Assembly: GCA_047495785.1 (NCBI GenBank)
Contig: JBLDXI010000026.1
Span: forward strand, 1,364,001-1,428,000
DNA length: 64,000 nucleotides
Direction: 5' to 3'
Source of the DNA: Lepidodermella squamata
Taxonomy: Eukaryota > Animalia > Gastrotricha
This document shows positions 1 through 13,866 of this stretch, one piece after another. The translations under genes and the position numbers were made by a program. The notes beneath the pieces were generated by a model, which worked only from the letters and a program-made list of their open reading frames with translations, was not told where the DNA came from and ran no database searches. Position 1 is the stretch's first letter. The number at the start of each line of letters is the position of its first letter.

Positions 1-3000
1 ATAGCACAACATAGCATTATTTTCTTTCATGCGATTATTATATTATGAGGCCGTGGCGCGGAAGTGCGAGGGTGCGAGGGCTCCTACAGGGGCTCCGTGC
101 AACAAACGAAACGCTGCTTTGTTTGCGCCTGACAACGCTAATGATGAACGTGGCTGAGATTGCGCGCTTTGTGTCGCGCCGCATCTGCGTAAATACGCCA
201 GCTGGTTGTTGTGTTAAGGATGATATTTTGTTTGCGCGAGCGCTCGCAAAAAGTAGCGCATCCTCCCCTCCTCATCCTCAGGCGCAGTGTTTTTCGGTAT
301 TATAGTATTATTATCATTTATCGTCATCATCACACACAACGCACATACACCGCACTCCCCACCACTCGCTCTTAAAGGCCGCGACTATATACTTATATTG
401 GAAAAAGCACCGTGGCCGGCAAAATAAAAGAGCGCGCAAAATTTAGGAAGCGCACACGCGCACAAGAGGCCGAGGCACAAAACAATTGTGAGGTGAAAAG
501 AAAACAGGCGCGTATAATGATATAGGCTGCTATTTTTACAGTGCGAAAGAAGGTGCGAGCTAAACATTTCTTCGACCCCACACGTATTTACCAGCTGATA
601 GTTGAATAAAAAGCCCTCCGGCGTACGAAAATCGATCAACAAAAATAACCGATTTGCTGAAATTCACAACAATAGAATCACAAAAGAAAATCTCATTGTG
701 CAAAATTAATTGAAAATCAACAGAAAAGGTGGAAAAATTCGAGGGAAATGATAACAAAGGAGCGAAAAACGCTATTCTTAATAGTTCTCAAAGGTATAGT
801 ATATATATTGTAATAATAGCGGCGCGTTGATATGTGAAAATCCCTGGAAATAACGGAACGCCGCCGGAAAAAATCGCCATTATTCGCCGGTATAAGATCA
901 ACCAGGCCGCAGCTATTTATATACATGTCCGATTTTTTTTCCTCGCTGCTGCTGTTGCTGCTGCTGCTCTGTACTCAATGAACATCAATAATATTATTGT
1001 CATGTTACATCCTTTGTACATCCTCGGTGTTAGCCATGCCGAAAAATGATGAGGCGGCCAGCCTGAACAGCACACTTGATTAACATTCAGCCTGAAGCGC
1101 CATATGGATGCCGGAAAAATCACGCTCTTATTTTTTGGCACTTACAAATACAAGGTAATTACCATAGGTGTACCCGCGAAAAAAATCCGCCTTAAAAACA
1201 TAAGCTCACAGGATAATACTGTCATTAACGTATATCCCACTACTTTTTCGGTCCCATTTTATGGATATAGACTCGAAGTTTAGAGCACTTCCCAGGACTT
1301 GTTGTAACGCTGTTGTGTCGCCGGGAAGCGGCAATAAAAACAAACATTACGATAATCACGAAATAACACACGCGTGTAGTGAATAGCAGCGCTAAATTCG
1401 CTTCATTTTGCAGCACGCGAGCGCGATAAAGATGAGCAAGAGCGGCATTCATTCATGATTGTAACGCACATACACAACAATCAACAAATCGATAAAAAAG
1501 CCACTGGGCAAATTGCTGTGCGATTACCTCTATTTAGCGAGCACTCTGTAAATATTGTAAAATGTAGTTGATTGAATGCTATACACATAGACAAAAGGAA
1601 GTAAGACGGTTCCGCGGCTGCTCCTGCCTGTCTTCGGGGAATAGCAAAATAATAGAGCGGAAAAGACTCTTTCAAAGCTACAAGGTTGTGGAATATACCG
1701 CGTTAATGAAGTACAAAGTCTATTTAATACTAGGCATTAGATTATAATATTCGAAAACCGGTCGTGTGTGGTATGTATGGAGATAAGGTTATCTGTATAA
1801 AAGCGGAAAACACGCTTTTATAGTAAACATTTCTGAACAAACACGTGTACATCCATTTTTGATCCGTACAAAATTGTGGACAGCCCGCGGGAACAAACCG
1901 CGAAAAATTGAAAAATAACCACTAGAGGCAAAAGAGCAAATTAGTTCATATTTATCATCAATTTTTACTTCATTGTCATCATCGTTCAATTGATACGAAA
2001 AGTTTTCTGTAATATATGGCATCGTTATTATATAAGCTGATCATATAAATGTGATTTCTTTGTTTTGAAATTAACCATATATATCGATATGCACTTGATA
2101 TTGGTAATCAATAATAATATTTTTCATCATCCTCATCATGCGTGCGCCATTCAATTTAAACGTTTTTATATTAACCAGTCCATTAAGGCGGCCGCAACTA
2201 GAGTGTTTTTCGTGACTACCGTCGAGTGGAGATAACACTTCGAGCGGGCGAGCGAGAGAGAGAGAAAAGATGCGGTCTTAAAAATACCGCGCCACCTATT
2301 TACAGAGAAAATACGTCAACAAACCAATTTAGTATTTATTATAATAATAATAATGAAGGAGTTGATGAACTGCAGAAGGAATTCCCGCTGCCTTTACAAT
2401 ATTCACGTTTCTTCATCGTACCTAACAATTTTACAAGGCTTTCAGTGAAATTTACAGCAAGACACGAAAAATCAAGAAACTATAGGCTGTTGTTGTTGTT
2501 GATCGTTGGTTGTTTTTTTTGGTCACAAAATGTCTCGATCGCGCGTACTATCGCCGAAATAAATTAATATGAAACAATATGGAAGCAGTTTGTTTCAGAA
2601 AAATGAAAACATCAACACGATGAGCGATTCACAGAAACTAAAGTGAGTACTGGATATAAAGTTATACATTCGATATTATTTACTGAAAATTTGATTGTTT
2701 TTCTTTTTGGTCATCATTTCGTTAAAAACTTCGTATAAACGATAATACTAGCGATTAGAAATAAATTACGCCGGCTGCAGAAGTCTTGGAATAAAACAAA
2801 AAATGGAAAGAAATGTTCGGTTCAAATAATAGCGTCCCCTTTTTTAATATTTTTTAGTGCTATTAGTATCGTTTTTTTCCGTAGAAAACCAGTCAAGACT
2901 AGACATTGGCTGATGAGGCGCGAAATGAAATGGCTTTTACGCTAGGTACATTTTTGGATAAATAGCAGCAAATCTCGAGCTGAGCCGACTGCTGCTGCTG

Positions 3001-3614
3001 CTGCTCGGTTTCATAATACAAAAACTAATTAGGCGAGCCATTTCAATAGAAATCGATAAAGCGCCGTGGTAACGAAGGGAAGCAACGAGTTGGCTAACTG
3101 AATGTATAACTCATAACTATAGCGATGCATTTAGCACACGCGCACGCATGGTGATCAAATCGAATATTTACCTAGCAACAAAAGGTTGTAGAATTATATG
3201 GAAATTATCGGATCACATTCTTGAAAAAAATAACGGCCGGCTGCTTATCAATCAACAAGAAAAAAAATCAGTCCATTGAGAGAGAGAGAGGAGGCTGAGC
3301 ATGCAAAAATCAACTTGAGACGTCTTGAATTCAGAATTTTATAAGTTCGTGCTAGAAAAGAAAAGATAAAACAACCATCTTCGTTATATATAAAAAAGAT
3401 GCGACTTGAAAATTGGTTTCAGTTTTGTTCGAAGAGCAGAAAATAATAATCAAAAAATTGGTTCATCGCACCCATCAACAATCGAGGTCAGGTGTAGTAA
3501 CTAAGCGCCGACAACCAAATAACGTAAAGAGAACAATTTGTGTGGTAATCATACATCGTGTTTTATACAAAAAGGGCACATGATCTCCTAGAAAAAAATC
3601 TGGCAAAGTTATTA

Positions 3615-6093
3615 TCATCTTCGCTGGTTTCGAGTTGTCGTTGAAAAATTCTGAAGATAGAAGGATGAAAGCAGACTTAAAGCAACAAGAATAGAAATGT
3701 CAAGCACCGAGACGCGCCGCACGCTAGCGGCTCCTGAACCTAATGCTCCGTTGCTGGAAACCGGCGACTGGGAGGGATCCTGCGAGACCATTCGAATCGT
3801 CCGATTGATAAACGCGTCCAACTCAGCGTCGGTCGTGTTGTGAATCGGCTGCAACCACGCGGGCATACGGGCTGTTCCGTACAGAATCAAGCGCCACTCG
3901 AGCAGTTCCGCTGAGGAGGCGCCATTTGTGATTTGCAAGGTCCATTGCCCGATGCCGATCTCACCCCAACTGTGCGTAGTTGTAAACGACCAGCGGTCAA
4001 ACATGCCATTCACGTTGTCATGCGGCCGTTTTGGCAACATGACTGATTCGGTACCGTGAGGCGACGTCAACGTGATTTGCAACTCGCCACGTCGTGTTGA
4101 CCTCAGGGTCACTTGGATTTGAACATGTTCGAGGAAAACAACGGTATTACGCGGCGAATCCCGACACCCGTTCGACGTTAATGAAAGTGTTAAGGTGGTG
4201 AAAGGCGGGATTTGGATAGGCCGAGACGGGTCTGAGGCGTCGTCTCTTGGTCCAGGAGCAATATGGCATTGATGCTGTTCAGGCACTCGGGTCCAATTTA
4301 GCGCAGCTTGTACCATGGCAGTTGCGTCTAGCAAGCCGTAACCGAAGTAATGACTAACCCTACGACCGATTCCAGTCGTTTTCCAATCCAGCGCGTGAAG
4401 CCCGGTTGGGTCTGATGTCATCACCACAATGTGTTGCACATCTCGCCAATTCAAGCTTTGATTCGCGGAGAGGAGCAACGCGAATAAGCCGGCAGCTAGC
4501 GGCGCAGAGGCTGATGTTCCAGTGTGATGATGCGTACATTTATTGTGGAGATCGGAAGTTGTAATGTGACGCTCGTGGGGCGCGCCGCTGCTGTAAGTCG
4601 ACGCCAAGGTCGCGCTACAAGCCTCGGCGTACCATGGCACATTGCCATTTTCAGTCGCCGAACTTATCGAGATCGTGTAGATGAGGTTTACGTAACCGTC
4701 ACAAGCGCAACTATCCGCATTTCGACCTCCATTACCCGACGCCCAGACGTAAATGCAACCTAGACCGTTACGTCCGTTCCACGCGCCTTCTTGGAAAGCT
4801 TTCAGCGTGGCATAACCCGGGCCATCGACGGTTTTTCCGTCGTCCTCCGGACCCCAAGATGCTGAATAGATGCCGACGTAATCGTTTTTAAAGCTGACCG
4901 CACGAGCTTCGACCAGGTCGGTGACGTCACCGTCGAGCATGCGGATGCCGCCGATGCGAGCACGATAAGCAACACCAACAGTACAAAAGTTATTGTTAGC
5001 GTAAGCAGCTACAACACCAGCACACCGGGTACCGTGGCGGTTCTCGTCGTTCTCGTTATACCTAAGATGGAAAAAAAATTAAACAAGATTAAACTGAGCC
5101 GAATATTATCACGAGGCAAGCGCTGTAATTTTAAGCAGAAAGCTAAAAGTCAAACTTGGATCCTCCAGACTTCGAAAAATTACTCAATCGATCGCCTAAT
5201 GATATTTCTCTATGCCTCAATTCATGGCGAGAATGAAATATGTATCTAATCAATTTACACGAACAGCGACGGATAAAGAGGGAGAATATTTAGGAGAAAA
5301 TATCTCACCTAGGCATTGGATCTGGATCGCCACCGTTGATGTCATAACTTGCACGCGGATCATAATTAGTCCGAAGCTCTGTGTGATTGTGTTCAACACC
5401 ATCGTCCAAAATGGTGACTACGACCCCTTGGCCAAAGTAGCCTCGTTGCCAGGCTCCATGGACACGCATCGTTCCACCTTCAGGGCGTGTCAAATACCAA
5501 GTTCGTCCATTGTTCCAATCCGGATCATTGAACAAGCCTTGGGATACTGAAACGCGCAATGTGATATTAAGTAATAATGAGATGGGGAATTTCTTACCTG
5601 GATTTTTCCATGGATACCTGTTGTCAAGACTCATTTTCTCATTATCACCGTCGAAGTTAGAAGTCGGAGCATCGTCTTGAGGAGTGAAGTCTCGTTTAGA
5701 TCTCCTTAATCGACGCACAGGTTCTGACCAGAGAAGTAACGATTCATCGGCAAGGAAAGACTTGGGGTCGCTAGCAGCTAATGAGCGTTTTTGAACAACG
5801 TCTCGCTTGACTACATATACGTTGCCAAAGACCTGAAAATACGGAAATCATAATCATAAGACTCAGTAATGACCGAGACTCACTTTTTCAGCTATCCGAA
5901 AGCCATGTTTTTGTGCAGCGAGTTTTACCGAGCTGATATCTTCGCCAGGAGCAACTTCTATCATCCATGAAGACTGCTGACGAGGAAAAGGTTTGCCCGA
6001 GTCAAACGCAGAGCAGGAGCATAGTGAATTGAAATATATTAGAATCGAAACCAGCAGGGCGATGTATTTGTTGAGAAACGTTGATATGACCAT
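3615..6093 (-). CDS. Furin-like subtilisin/kexin proprotein convertase (3 exons: ~6093-5885, ~5832-5598 + ~5547-5309 split by a short intron, 5061-3615; 4 coding segments)
   Basis: Signal peptide; prodomain ending RRLRRSKR/DFT; catalytic D (ILDDG), H (HGTRCAG, read at ~5030), oxyanion N (ASGNGG), S (GTSAS); P-domain (LEHVQ..RRGEL); hydrophobic C-terminal segment. GT-AG introns join the ORF pieces in frame. Confidence 0.93.
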
Positions 6094-7348
6094 GCTCAGA
6101 CATGCGATTTAACCGCCTATGACGTTAATGACTGAAGCTGTCGAAGAAGCGGGGAGAGGGTGATGGTATGCTTAATTAGGGGACATCTCCAGCATGAATG
6201 AGTTTGGCCTACAAAAAACATGAAAATAGACATATATCAAGAAAATCATGGGTCCTAGGTAAAAATTTGCTAAGACAGATAAAGGCAAAACGAGCGAAAT
6301 TAAAACTCATAGCTTCGATTTCCGACATAGCTAATCGATCACGATAGCCAAACCCTCACCACAACAACATTTCAAAGTCAAAATGTGAGTGATTGAAGAA
6401 TATACAATGCTTGAAAAAAGCTCACAGCTGAAAGAGGAAAAACAAAGAATATAACTTAGCAACTGAAGAAACGCTATTACTACTACGACTAGCAACTGAA
6501 GAGATGCGAGATGCAACTAACGATTTGACTGAATAATCGCCAAGATCAACCAGGACCGCGAAAATCTGAATTCAAATTACGTTCGTGCTGTTGAAGGTCG
6601 TAAATTTAATTTTGAAACAAGATTTATTCAGCTGGAAAAATTATTTTTAAGGCCGTATTATGACAACTGAAATAAAAAAATAATATTATTTTAGCTGCAT
6701 GATTAATAAAACGTGAATTTGTGCTTCAAGTTTCAAGTTGGGCTCCAAGTCTGCAGTTTAACGTTCGGGAAATGCGCGTTTCCTTGAAGTCCAGGATAAG
6801 TATATTCAGGATAAGGATATTCTTATTTACATTATGAAATGGGTCGATGGAGGTCCCTGAACATCGACAAGGAAAAAATGGTCGCATTGTGAGCCTTGCG
6901 CGAGTTTCTTCGAAGAAAGATTCAGGTCAACTGTTTCGAAGTAATCGTTCTCTTCTTTGGAGCCGCGGTACAATTATCTCGCTCTTCCGCGACTTCTCTA
7001 AATGCCTCAACTACCTCAGTCCCTCATGGACTTTATTCTCAGACTGCACTGGGGCAGGGGTAAACCTTGCCAACAACGTCGGGTTGAACAAGTTTTAATT
7101 GGTGGATCGCGTCTCCAATTTCCTGAAACAGTAATAGCAGTGTCATCTGAGGCAGTTTACTAACAGAAGGTGACATAATGTTTTATTCAAGAATCAATTA
7201 CAAATCATTTCAGTTCATCATTAATAAAATCTATGTAATACTTAAACAATGTTCACTAGTGGAATAGCATGGAGGATGAAAAGACATAGACATCAATGCC
7301 GAATCTCGAACTGGTAGGTAAGCTAGGCCTCTAGCCTATTGCTGTCCT

Positions 7349-8182
7349 TCATTCAGATGTCACCGCGCCCGATGGCTCCGACACACTCTTTGAATATTGG
7401 CAAATCGCATCTCTTCGTTCGTTGCAATCTTGAACCTTCCAGTAGCCAGTCTATAGGTTTGAGAAAAGCTTGAATGAATATCCAGGTACAAGCAAGAAAC
7501 TCACGTAATATTTCAGATAATTTCCATACAAGTCGCGGGAAATGAATTCAACGCACGATCCCCATCTTAACATAATTCGATAATATGATTTCAAAATATT
7601 CTAAAGAAGAATTACTTACGTTTCACCTGGTTCACCTGGAGCGAAAAGATTGTATTCATCGTACGTTTTGATTGGAACATCGTCAACCCAAAGCCAGGCA
7701 TTGGCATTGGCCTTCCAGCGAAGTCCTATCCAGGCATTTGTGTATCCGATTCCAAGGATTGCTGAATAAGGTAAAAATTGTAAAAATTATAAGACAATGA
7801 AACTTAAAGCTTTCAAAAATGCTTACATTTAGTCCGGTTCAAGAATCGCGATTCGACATCACTTCGAATAGTTGCGAGTGACCCACTCATATTTGCGCAA
7901 AATGATTTAGCCTCTGGCCATGTGACCCCGTGAATAACGAAGAAACACTTGACCGTTCCATTTCTTTGAATGCAGAAGTCACATTCCGGGCAGCTTCCCC
8001 ATCCCTGAAGCATGTCTTTCGCTGTGGACGTAGGGTAAGCGATCGTGGCTAAAAGCAATCATTATTAAAGCCTGTAAGGTTTTCAGTTTTGTCTTACTTG
8101 TACGAGCTGTTGTTTGTGCGGCGGCCAAGCTGACAATCCAGCAGCTGACAAGGAAAATGATCGCTACGCAGCGATTTGACAT
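7349..8182 (-). CDS. Secreted C-type lectin domain protein (5 exons), degenerate sugar/Ca2+ site
   Basis: Signal peptide MSNRCVAIIFLVSCWIVSLAAA; CFFVIHGVTWPEAKSFC..GSLATIRS; AWIGLRW; FAPGEPGETWGSCVEF; YWKVQDCNERRDAICQ. Paralogous to the 9212-11109 gene. Confidence 0.88.
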
Positions 8183-9211
8183 AGCGATAAATTATTGGTA
8201 TATTAGCCTAAAAATGTTGAGAAAACGCGTTGATCTTCCTTAATTAGTCAAGTGTAAAAGATAGCAATCTAACACAGAGCACAGGGTTATATTTTGTAAA
8301 GTGTCCTTGAACGCAATGAACTGGAAAGCAATTTGCACAGCTAACATTAGGTGTAAGGTGGCGGAAAATAGCGCAACACTGGCCGGGAGTTCTTTATGGG
8401 CACGCGATAGCCGACAGTTGCATTAGCTAACCCCCGCAAGCGGCACGAACAGCGGGCCCTCAACACGTCAACACGCATTGTCGCCTCTGCGCGATCTCGT
8501 AATAATAACACATTTTTCAGGCGACACGGTCGAAAATGTTGCTGTGAAAATGTGGCGACCTTAAAGACGGGTGATCTGGCCCCAGGTGGCCGCACCGGAG
8601 AAAAAAAATCCGACACGGCAACTGGTAAATTGCGCCTATTATTTGTTATAATTCGAATAAATAACCTATCCACGTGTTGAATTTCTGCGCTAATGCGGCT
8701 GGATATTCGTGTTCTATTCAGGTCGAGGATTGACGTAAACGATAGGTAGCTATAAAATATAATCACAAATGATGACTCTGCACTGACACCAGCTCAACAT
8801 CACGACTTGAGCCGGCATAGCTTGAGGTATTAGTCATCGTTTTCAGAGGCACGCTCAGAGATTTCAAGGATTAAATCGCCGGCCGGGGTCGTTTAATCAG
8901 CATATTTGACAGAATTAGGACTCATTCATTACAAAAGAATTATTTACACCTTCAAAATTCGCGCAATTTTATTTTCTCAGTTTTGAATTCAAGCTCTGTT
9001 GTTTTTGACAAGACGAAATGCCATTTTCGAGGGTTGCCAGCATCAACGTCATAGTTTTACAGAATAATATATTACTATCGAGATTTTATACACACTTTTC
9101 GAAAGCCATAATCGCAATAAAAATGAACGACATGCCGAAAACATTAAACAAAAAGATGATGATGACGATCGGTGTTGAGTTGTTGCATCGTTAAGGCGGA
9201 CGAGTCGCGCG

Positions 9212-11109
9212 TTACTTCGCGAGTATCCAATACTTCTGGCAAAGCGCGTCTCGTTTCAGCGTACATTCCTGATCGTTCCAATAGCCAGTCTATATTCAAA
9301 TAAATATTTGGTAAAATAGAGATAAGGAAATTCCGTAAAATCTTACGTAATATCCAAGCGCATTCTGGTAAATATCGGCACCGACAAATTCAACGCAAGA
9401 TTCCCAGCCGTTCCAGTTGTCAGGTTCTCCAGGGGCGAAAGCGGTGTAGGAAAGTTCCCAGTCAATCACAACATCGTCGATCCACAGCCAGGCACTTGCC
9501 GGTTGTTTCCACCTGAGGCCGATCCAAGCGTTGTTGTTATGCATGCCCAAAATAACTAGGTTAAAGAAATATTAAGCTGGAATGTCGCAATATTTTGAAA
9601 TTATCGAAACTTACATTTCGTTCGATTAAGGAATCGCGTTTCAACTTCGCTGCGAATTGTGGCCAGCTCACCGCCCATGTCAGCGCAGCTCTGTTTCGCT
9701 TCGGGCCACGTTAGGTTGTGGAGAACGAAGAAGCATTTGATGCGACCGTTTCGTTCAACGCAGAAATCGCACTCGGGGCAAGGTCCCCAGCCGCTGAGTA
9801 GGTCAGTTGGTCCCATAATAGGGTAAAGCGGCTTTGTTGTAGTCGCGTCGTCTTTGGCTTTCGGATCAGCCTCGGTTACCCCGGCTGAAGGAGCTTCTGC
9901 CAACGCTTCACTGATGATCGCTTGAGCGATGCTTCCCGCCGCGGTTCCAGCAACATTTTGCGCTAAAATGACATTCGAAATTGAAGCGAGGTTTGAATTT
10001 CGGAAATAAACGAACGCAATATATTGCCGAAATATAGTAGAGTTATCAACGTTGTAAATATCATTTTAAAAGCAACTTCTTCTTAGCAAAAGAATAATTT
10101 TACACTAAGTATGAGCTATTTATGCGCTTATAGCTACAACCTTCGATAGACAATACAAACAGAAAACAAAGACGGGAAATAGACGTGATATTTTGGACTC
10201 TAGACTCTAGACGACCCCTGGTGAGTGAACAATAATGCGATGCCCAGCGTAATGAATTCCCCGGATGCGACGCAACAAAGCGGGAGATTGTTATAATAAA
10301 GCGCGTTCGGTACCTACGGCGGTTGGCGTCGTAATATGTACACAGTCACGTATATTGACCGGCAAATATTACTAGCGATAATAATGGCACAACAGGTGAG
10401 AGAATGCGCGAAAAATACGCCCTGTTTTAATTGGCTGATAAAACAACAATTGCACTCACCCCACATTTGGTAGGCAGCCGCTGCGGGCGCTTCGGTAGCC
10501 GGCTCTGGCGGGGCTGAAGTTGTTGTTGTCGTGCTCGTGGTAGCGGCCGTAGTTGAAGTTGTTGTTGTTGTTGTCTTAGCCGGCTTGACCACCTTTGTGG
10601 TCGTAGGCACCGAAGATTTCTGCCTGATAGTCGTCGGTTTAGGTGGGTCGGTTGCTGAATGTTTCCGACCTGCAGCTGTCACCTCGCCTAACAGTGGTAA
10701 GCAGTTGTAAGTGACGCGTAAATACGGCACGATATGCGGGCAATCGAAATCGAATGGCACGTGGGAGATATCAAAAATGCATGAGGGTTGAAATTGGCAA
10801 TGATATCGTACGACAGCTGTCATATCTACGAGGGTTTGGCACTTCGCAGGGTCGTACAAGCTGTCGCGCGTATCACCCGCCGGGCGGCATTCTTGCGTAT
10901 CCTCACGACCGTAAATTGCCCGCTGAACTATCATCACCCCATTGGAACAGGCTAATTTCAAGGAACTCGTCTCGCAAGATACCGCTTTTTCAGCTGTGGG
11001 AAATAACAATAATAATATAAATAATTGAACGAATTCGGAAAATCGAAAATTTACCTATCACCGAACGATAGCTGACAGTCGTAAATAAAACGAAGATAAA
11101 TAATAACAT
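9212..11109 (-). CDS. Secreted mosaic lectin: signal peptide + SUEL/Gal_lectin domain + Thr-rich stalk + C-type lectin domain (5 exons)
   Basis: Exon 1 MLLFIFVLFTTVSYRSVI (ATG 11109); SUEL pattern CE..LKLAC..IVQRAIYGR..C..C..DCP..PYLRVTYNC; poly-Thr; CTLD with WIGL, GEPDN, WND and C-terminal Cys; stop at 9212-9214. Joining the SUEL exon to the CTLD exons is inferred from compatible splice phases. Confidence 0.8.
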
Positions 11110-11747
11110 TTTTATTCTAATAATTAAATAATTAAAAAACTTGAGACGAGATAGTTTATGCGTGGTTTATGCGTGGGTGACAAAAAACCGCTATAAAGGC
11201 GGCTGTTCGATATCCGCACAGGTGAGTGAAATGGTAAATGAGCCTCGTGTTGTTGTTATTTGCGGTTGCTGCCTATTGTGTTTGCACAGCTATAAACAAC
11301 GGTGGCCGAGTTTTGTGCGGCGAAATTACCGCAAAATGGGGGTCTTTGAGAGGTTGTCTCTCACAACCACCAGAACTGTGCGTGTGACAAAAGCGGCTGC
11401 CTGCAGCTAGGTAAAAGTATGATGATGATAATAGGGTGATAAATTGTGGGCAGCCGAGCAAAACGAAAATAAACACTTCTCTGAAAATCAAGTGGCGTTG
11501 AGTAGTTGAAAGCCGGCCGCAGCAGCGACAGTGCTATAACGTTTCCAGAAGGTTCACGTGCCACTCCATTTGTCACAATAATATATTGCGCTGTTATTAC
11601 GCTCAAGTGACCTCGATCCAAACGCGTTGCGTAAATGCGATACATTCAACAAATTTCATTCAACAACTTTTGAAAGCGTTTTATTTTCATATCAAACTAA
11701 TTGATCGTGGCACTAGAATTAAGGTAGTGACCGAAAATATACAGGTT

Positions 11748-13763
11748 TTATGGTTTGTCACTTGTTTTTGTTGTCTCGGATGGGGTTGGCGGAGGTGAAG
11801 AGGGCTTATTTTGCAACTGCAGCTGCTTCTCCATGACTTGACGAAGTCGCTGTTGTCTGACAGCCTGTTCCAGTTGCTCGTGATCGCGAGATCGAGCTAG
11901 GGCTCCCTGCTGCTTGAAAGCCGCTCGCATTTGGTTCCAACTATTTTTCATATTAGCTTGCTGCTCCTGTAAAATAGATTGAATAATATTATAAATTCTA
12001 AAATATGGTTTTTCATTTTTTATTTTTCCCTAAAATCTCCATTTTTATTTTAATGCATGAGCAATAGAACTTGCGATTACGCGTATTTTGCGCTATGAGC
12101 GATTAGTTTACGAGTTGTGCTTCTGCCTGCAGCGCCGATATCGATTTTAAGTATCGATTTCACAAATCAGTGATTTTTCCGATATCAGAAGTCGCGGAAG
12201 CAAATATTGAAAATTTTTATACCTAGTTGAAGGTTCTAGCTAACTGAAGTGAGAAAGAAAAGGATCGTGGAGGGCATCAGTACGATGAAAAATGAATATG
12301 CCGAATTTGCAAAGAACCGGGAAAATTTAGCGCCAGTTAGCGTTGAAACCTCAATTTTATCAATTTTCCAATATATTTAGAACCTTTTGTAAGTTTAATT
12401 TTGGGACTAACCTCTTGAAAACATAGGATCAGAAAATATGTTAGGAATGATACCGAAATTAGGAATGCTACCGAAAAGTATTGTCATAGGAATTTTTCGG
12501 TGTATCTTTGAACCAATTTGAACATTTTGGTAAATATTTAAAAAAAAATTATACATCGGGATAAATTGTTCACAGCTTCGATTCGGGATAGGTAAAAATA
12601 AATCATACCGGAAATCAAGAATTAAAAAAAACTGGGCGTAATGTCATGAGATACCAAAGGAGGGCTAAGCATTCAGTCACCTACTTAAAACTTTGACACC
12701 TGAAATTCGCAAGTAACTTACTTCGAGCATTTTAGGATCATGTTTGATCATCTGAGGAATGCCAAAATATTTGCGGATATTGGGCTGGCGCAAGAGCATG
12801 ACTTGGCCGAATGAGAACACGTTTGAAGTAAACCAATACAAACACATAGCCTGAAAAAATGCGTCTCACTTTCCACCTTAAAATCTTGAATTTTCAACTC
12901 ACAGACGGGAAGAACATTGTCATAGGGAAAATGAATACTGGCATCAGTTGAAAACCAGTTCGCATCCACTTCATCGGCATATTAGCCGGAGACATACCAT
13001 CAGCACCCGATCGAATTGTGAGAAATAAGGTGGCGGAAGTCGCGAGAGGTAGCAAATAGAACGGATCAACCGCTGTCAAGTCCATAAACCAAGCAACGCC
13101 GCCGGTTTTCATCGATTCAACTGGTAAAACGGCCATAGCCCTCAGCCCGGTGAAAACCGACATGAAAATGAAGCCCTGCGCCAACATAGGGGCGTATTGT
13201 CGGAAGGATAGAAGGTTATTTCGTTTTAGGTAGTCGGTGTATTCTTTCGATAAACGCTCCGCCTCAAGCGGGTTGTTACTCGAAACCGCCGCGGACATTC
13301 GCGATTGAAGTCGCATGACTGTAGGCATGTTATTTTGATAATGCGCCATGAAACGTTGAGCTCGGATGACTAGTGGGAACATGCCGAGTCGGACCACCAC
13401 GGTTCCGATGCAAATCGCCTGCCACCAGGGCAGGTGAAGGTCGAAATGAAGCGCATCGAGGCCAGACTGGACCCAGGAACCAGGGCGCCACCACGAATTA
13501 GCGAGGCCGAGATCATACAGGCGAACTTCGCCGACAAATGGCCCGACGTTATCAGCTTCGGTCGTTAATCTTGGCTCAACATTGGGAGGCGGGGGTATGT
13601 AGGTAGAGTTCGCCTCAAAATTATACCCGGTATTTTCTTCAATTTTATGATCTGAAATCGAAGTGGTCGGCTTGGCTGAAATTCCGCGCCGGATTGAGCA
13701 AATCAAATTAGGCCTGGCGTAAAACTGACGAGTTCCAAACAACAACAACCTGGGCAACCCCAT
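11748..13763 (-). CDS. OXA1L: Mitochondrial inner membrane insertase OXA1L (3 exons: 13763-~12903, ~12849-12723, ~11968-11748)
   Basis: Mitochondrial-type N-terminus; LPWWQAI..TVVVRLGMFPL, QGFIFMSVF.GLRAMA.LPVESMKTGG.AWF.DLTAVDPFYLLP, exon 2 AMCLYWFTSNVFS; basic coiled C-terminal tail. Confidence 0.93.
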
Positions 13764-13866
13764 TTTTTAAATACAATAAAAACTCTAGAAAATAGCAAGC
13801 TCATTCGTTTTATTCCATCAAATAAACGCGGAAAAATAGCTAATTGAGCATAAAAAATCGGAATTT

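Noticed and set aside
1-3614. Many short ORFs of 60-113 aa
   Set aside because: Low-complexity UTR/intergenic composition, no splice-consistent model and no domains.
6830-7125. Coding-like sequence between furin and the lectin gene
   Set aside because: Frames are interrupted by stops and no homology is recognisable; at most a decayed fragment.
12441-12478. 18-bp tandem duplication TTAGGAATG(A/C)TACCGAAA in the long OXA1L intron
   Set aside because: Two copies only; likely a decayed repeat, with no evidence of function.
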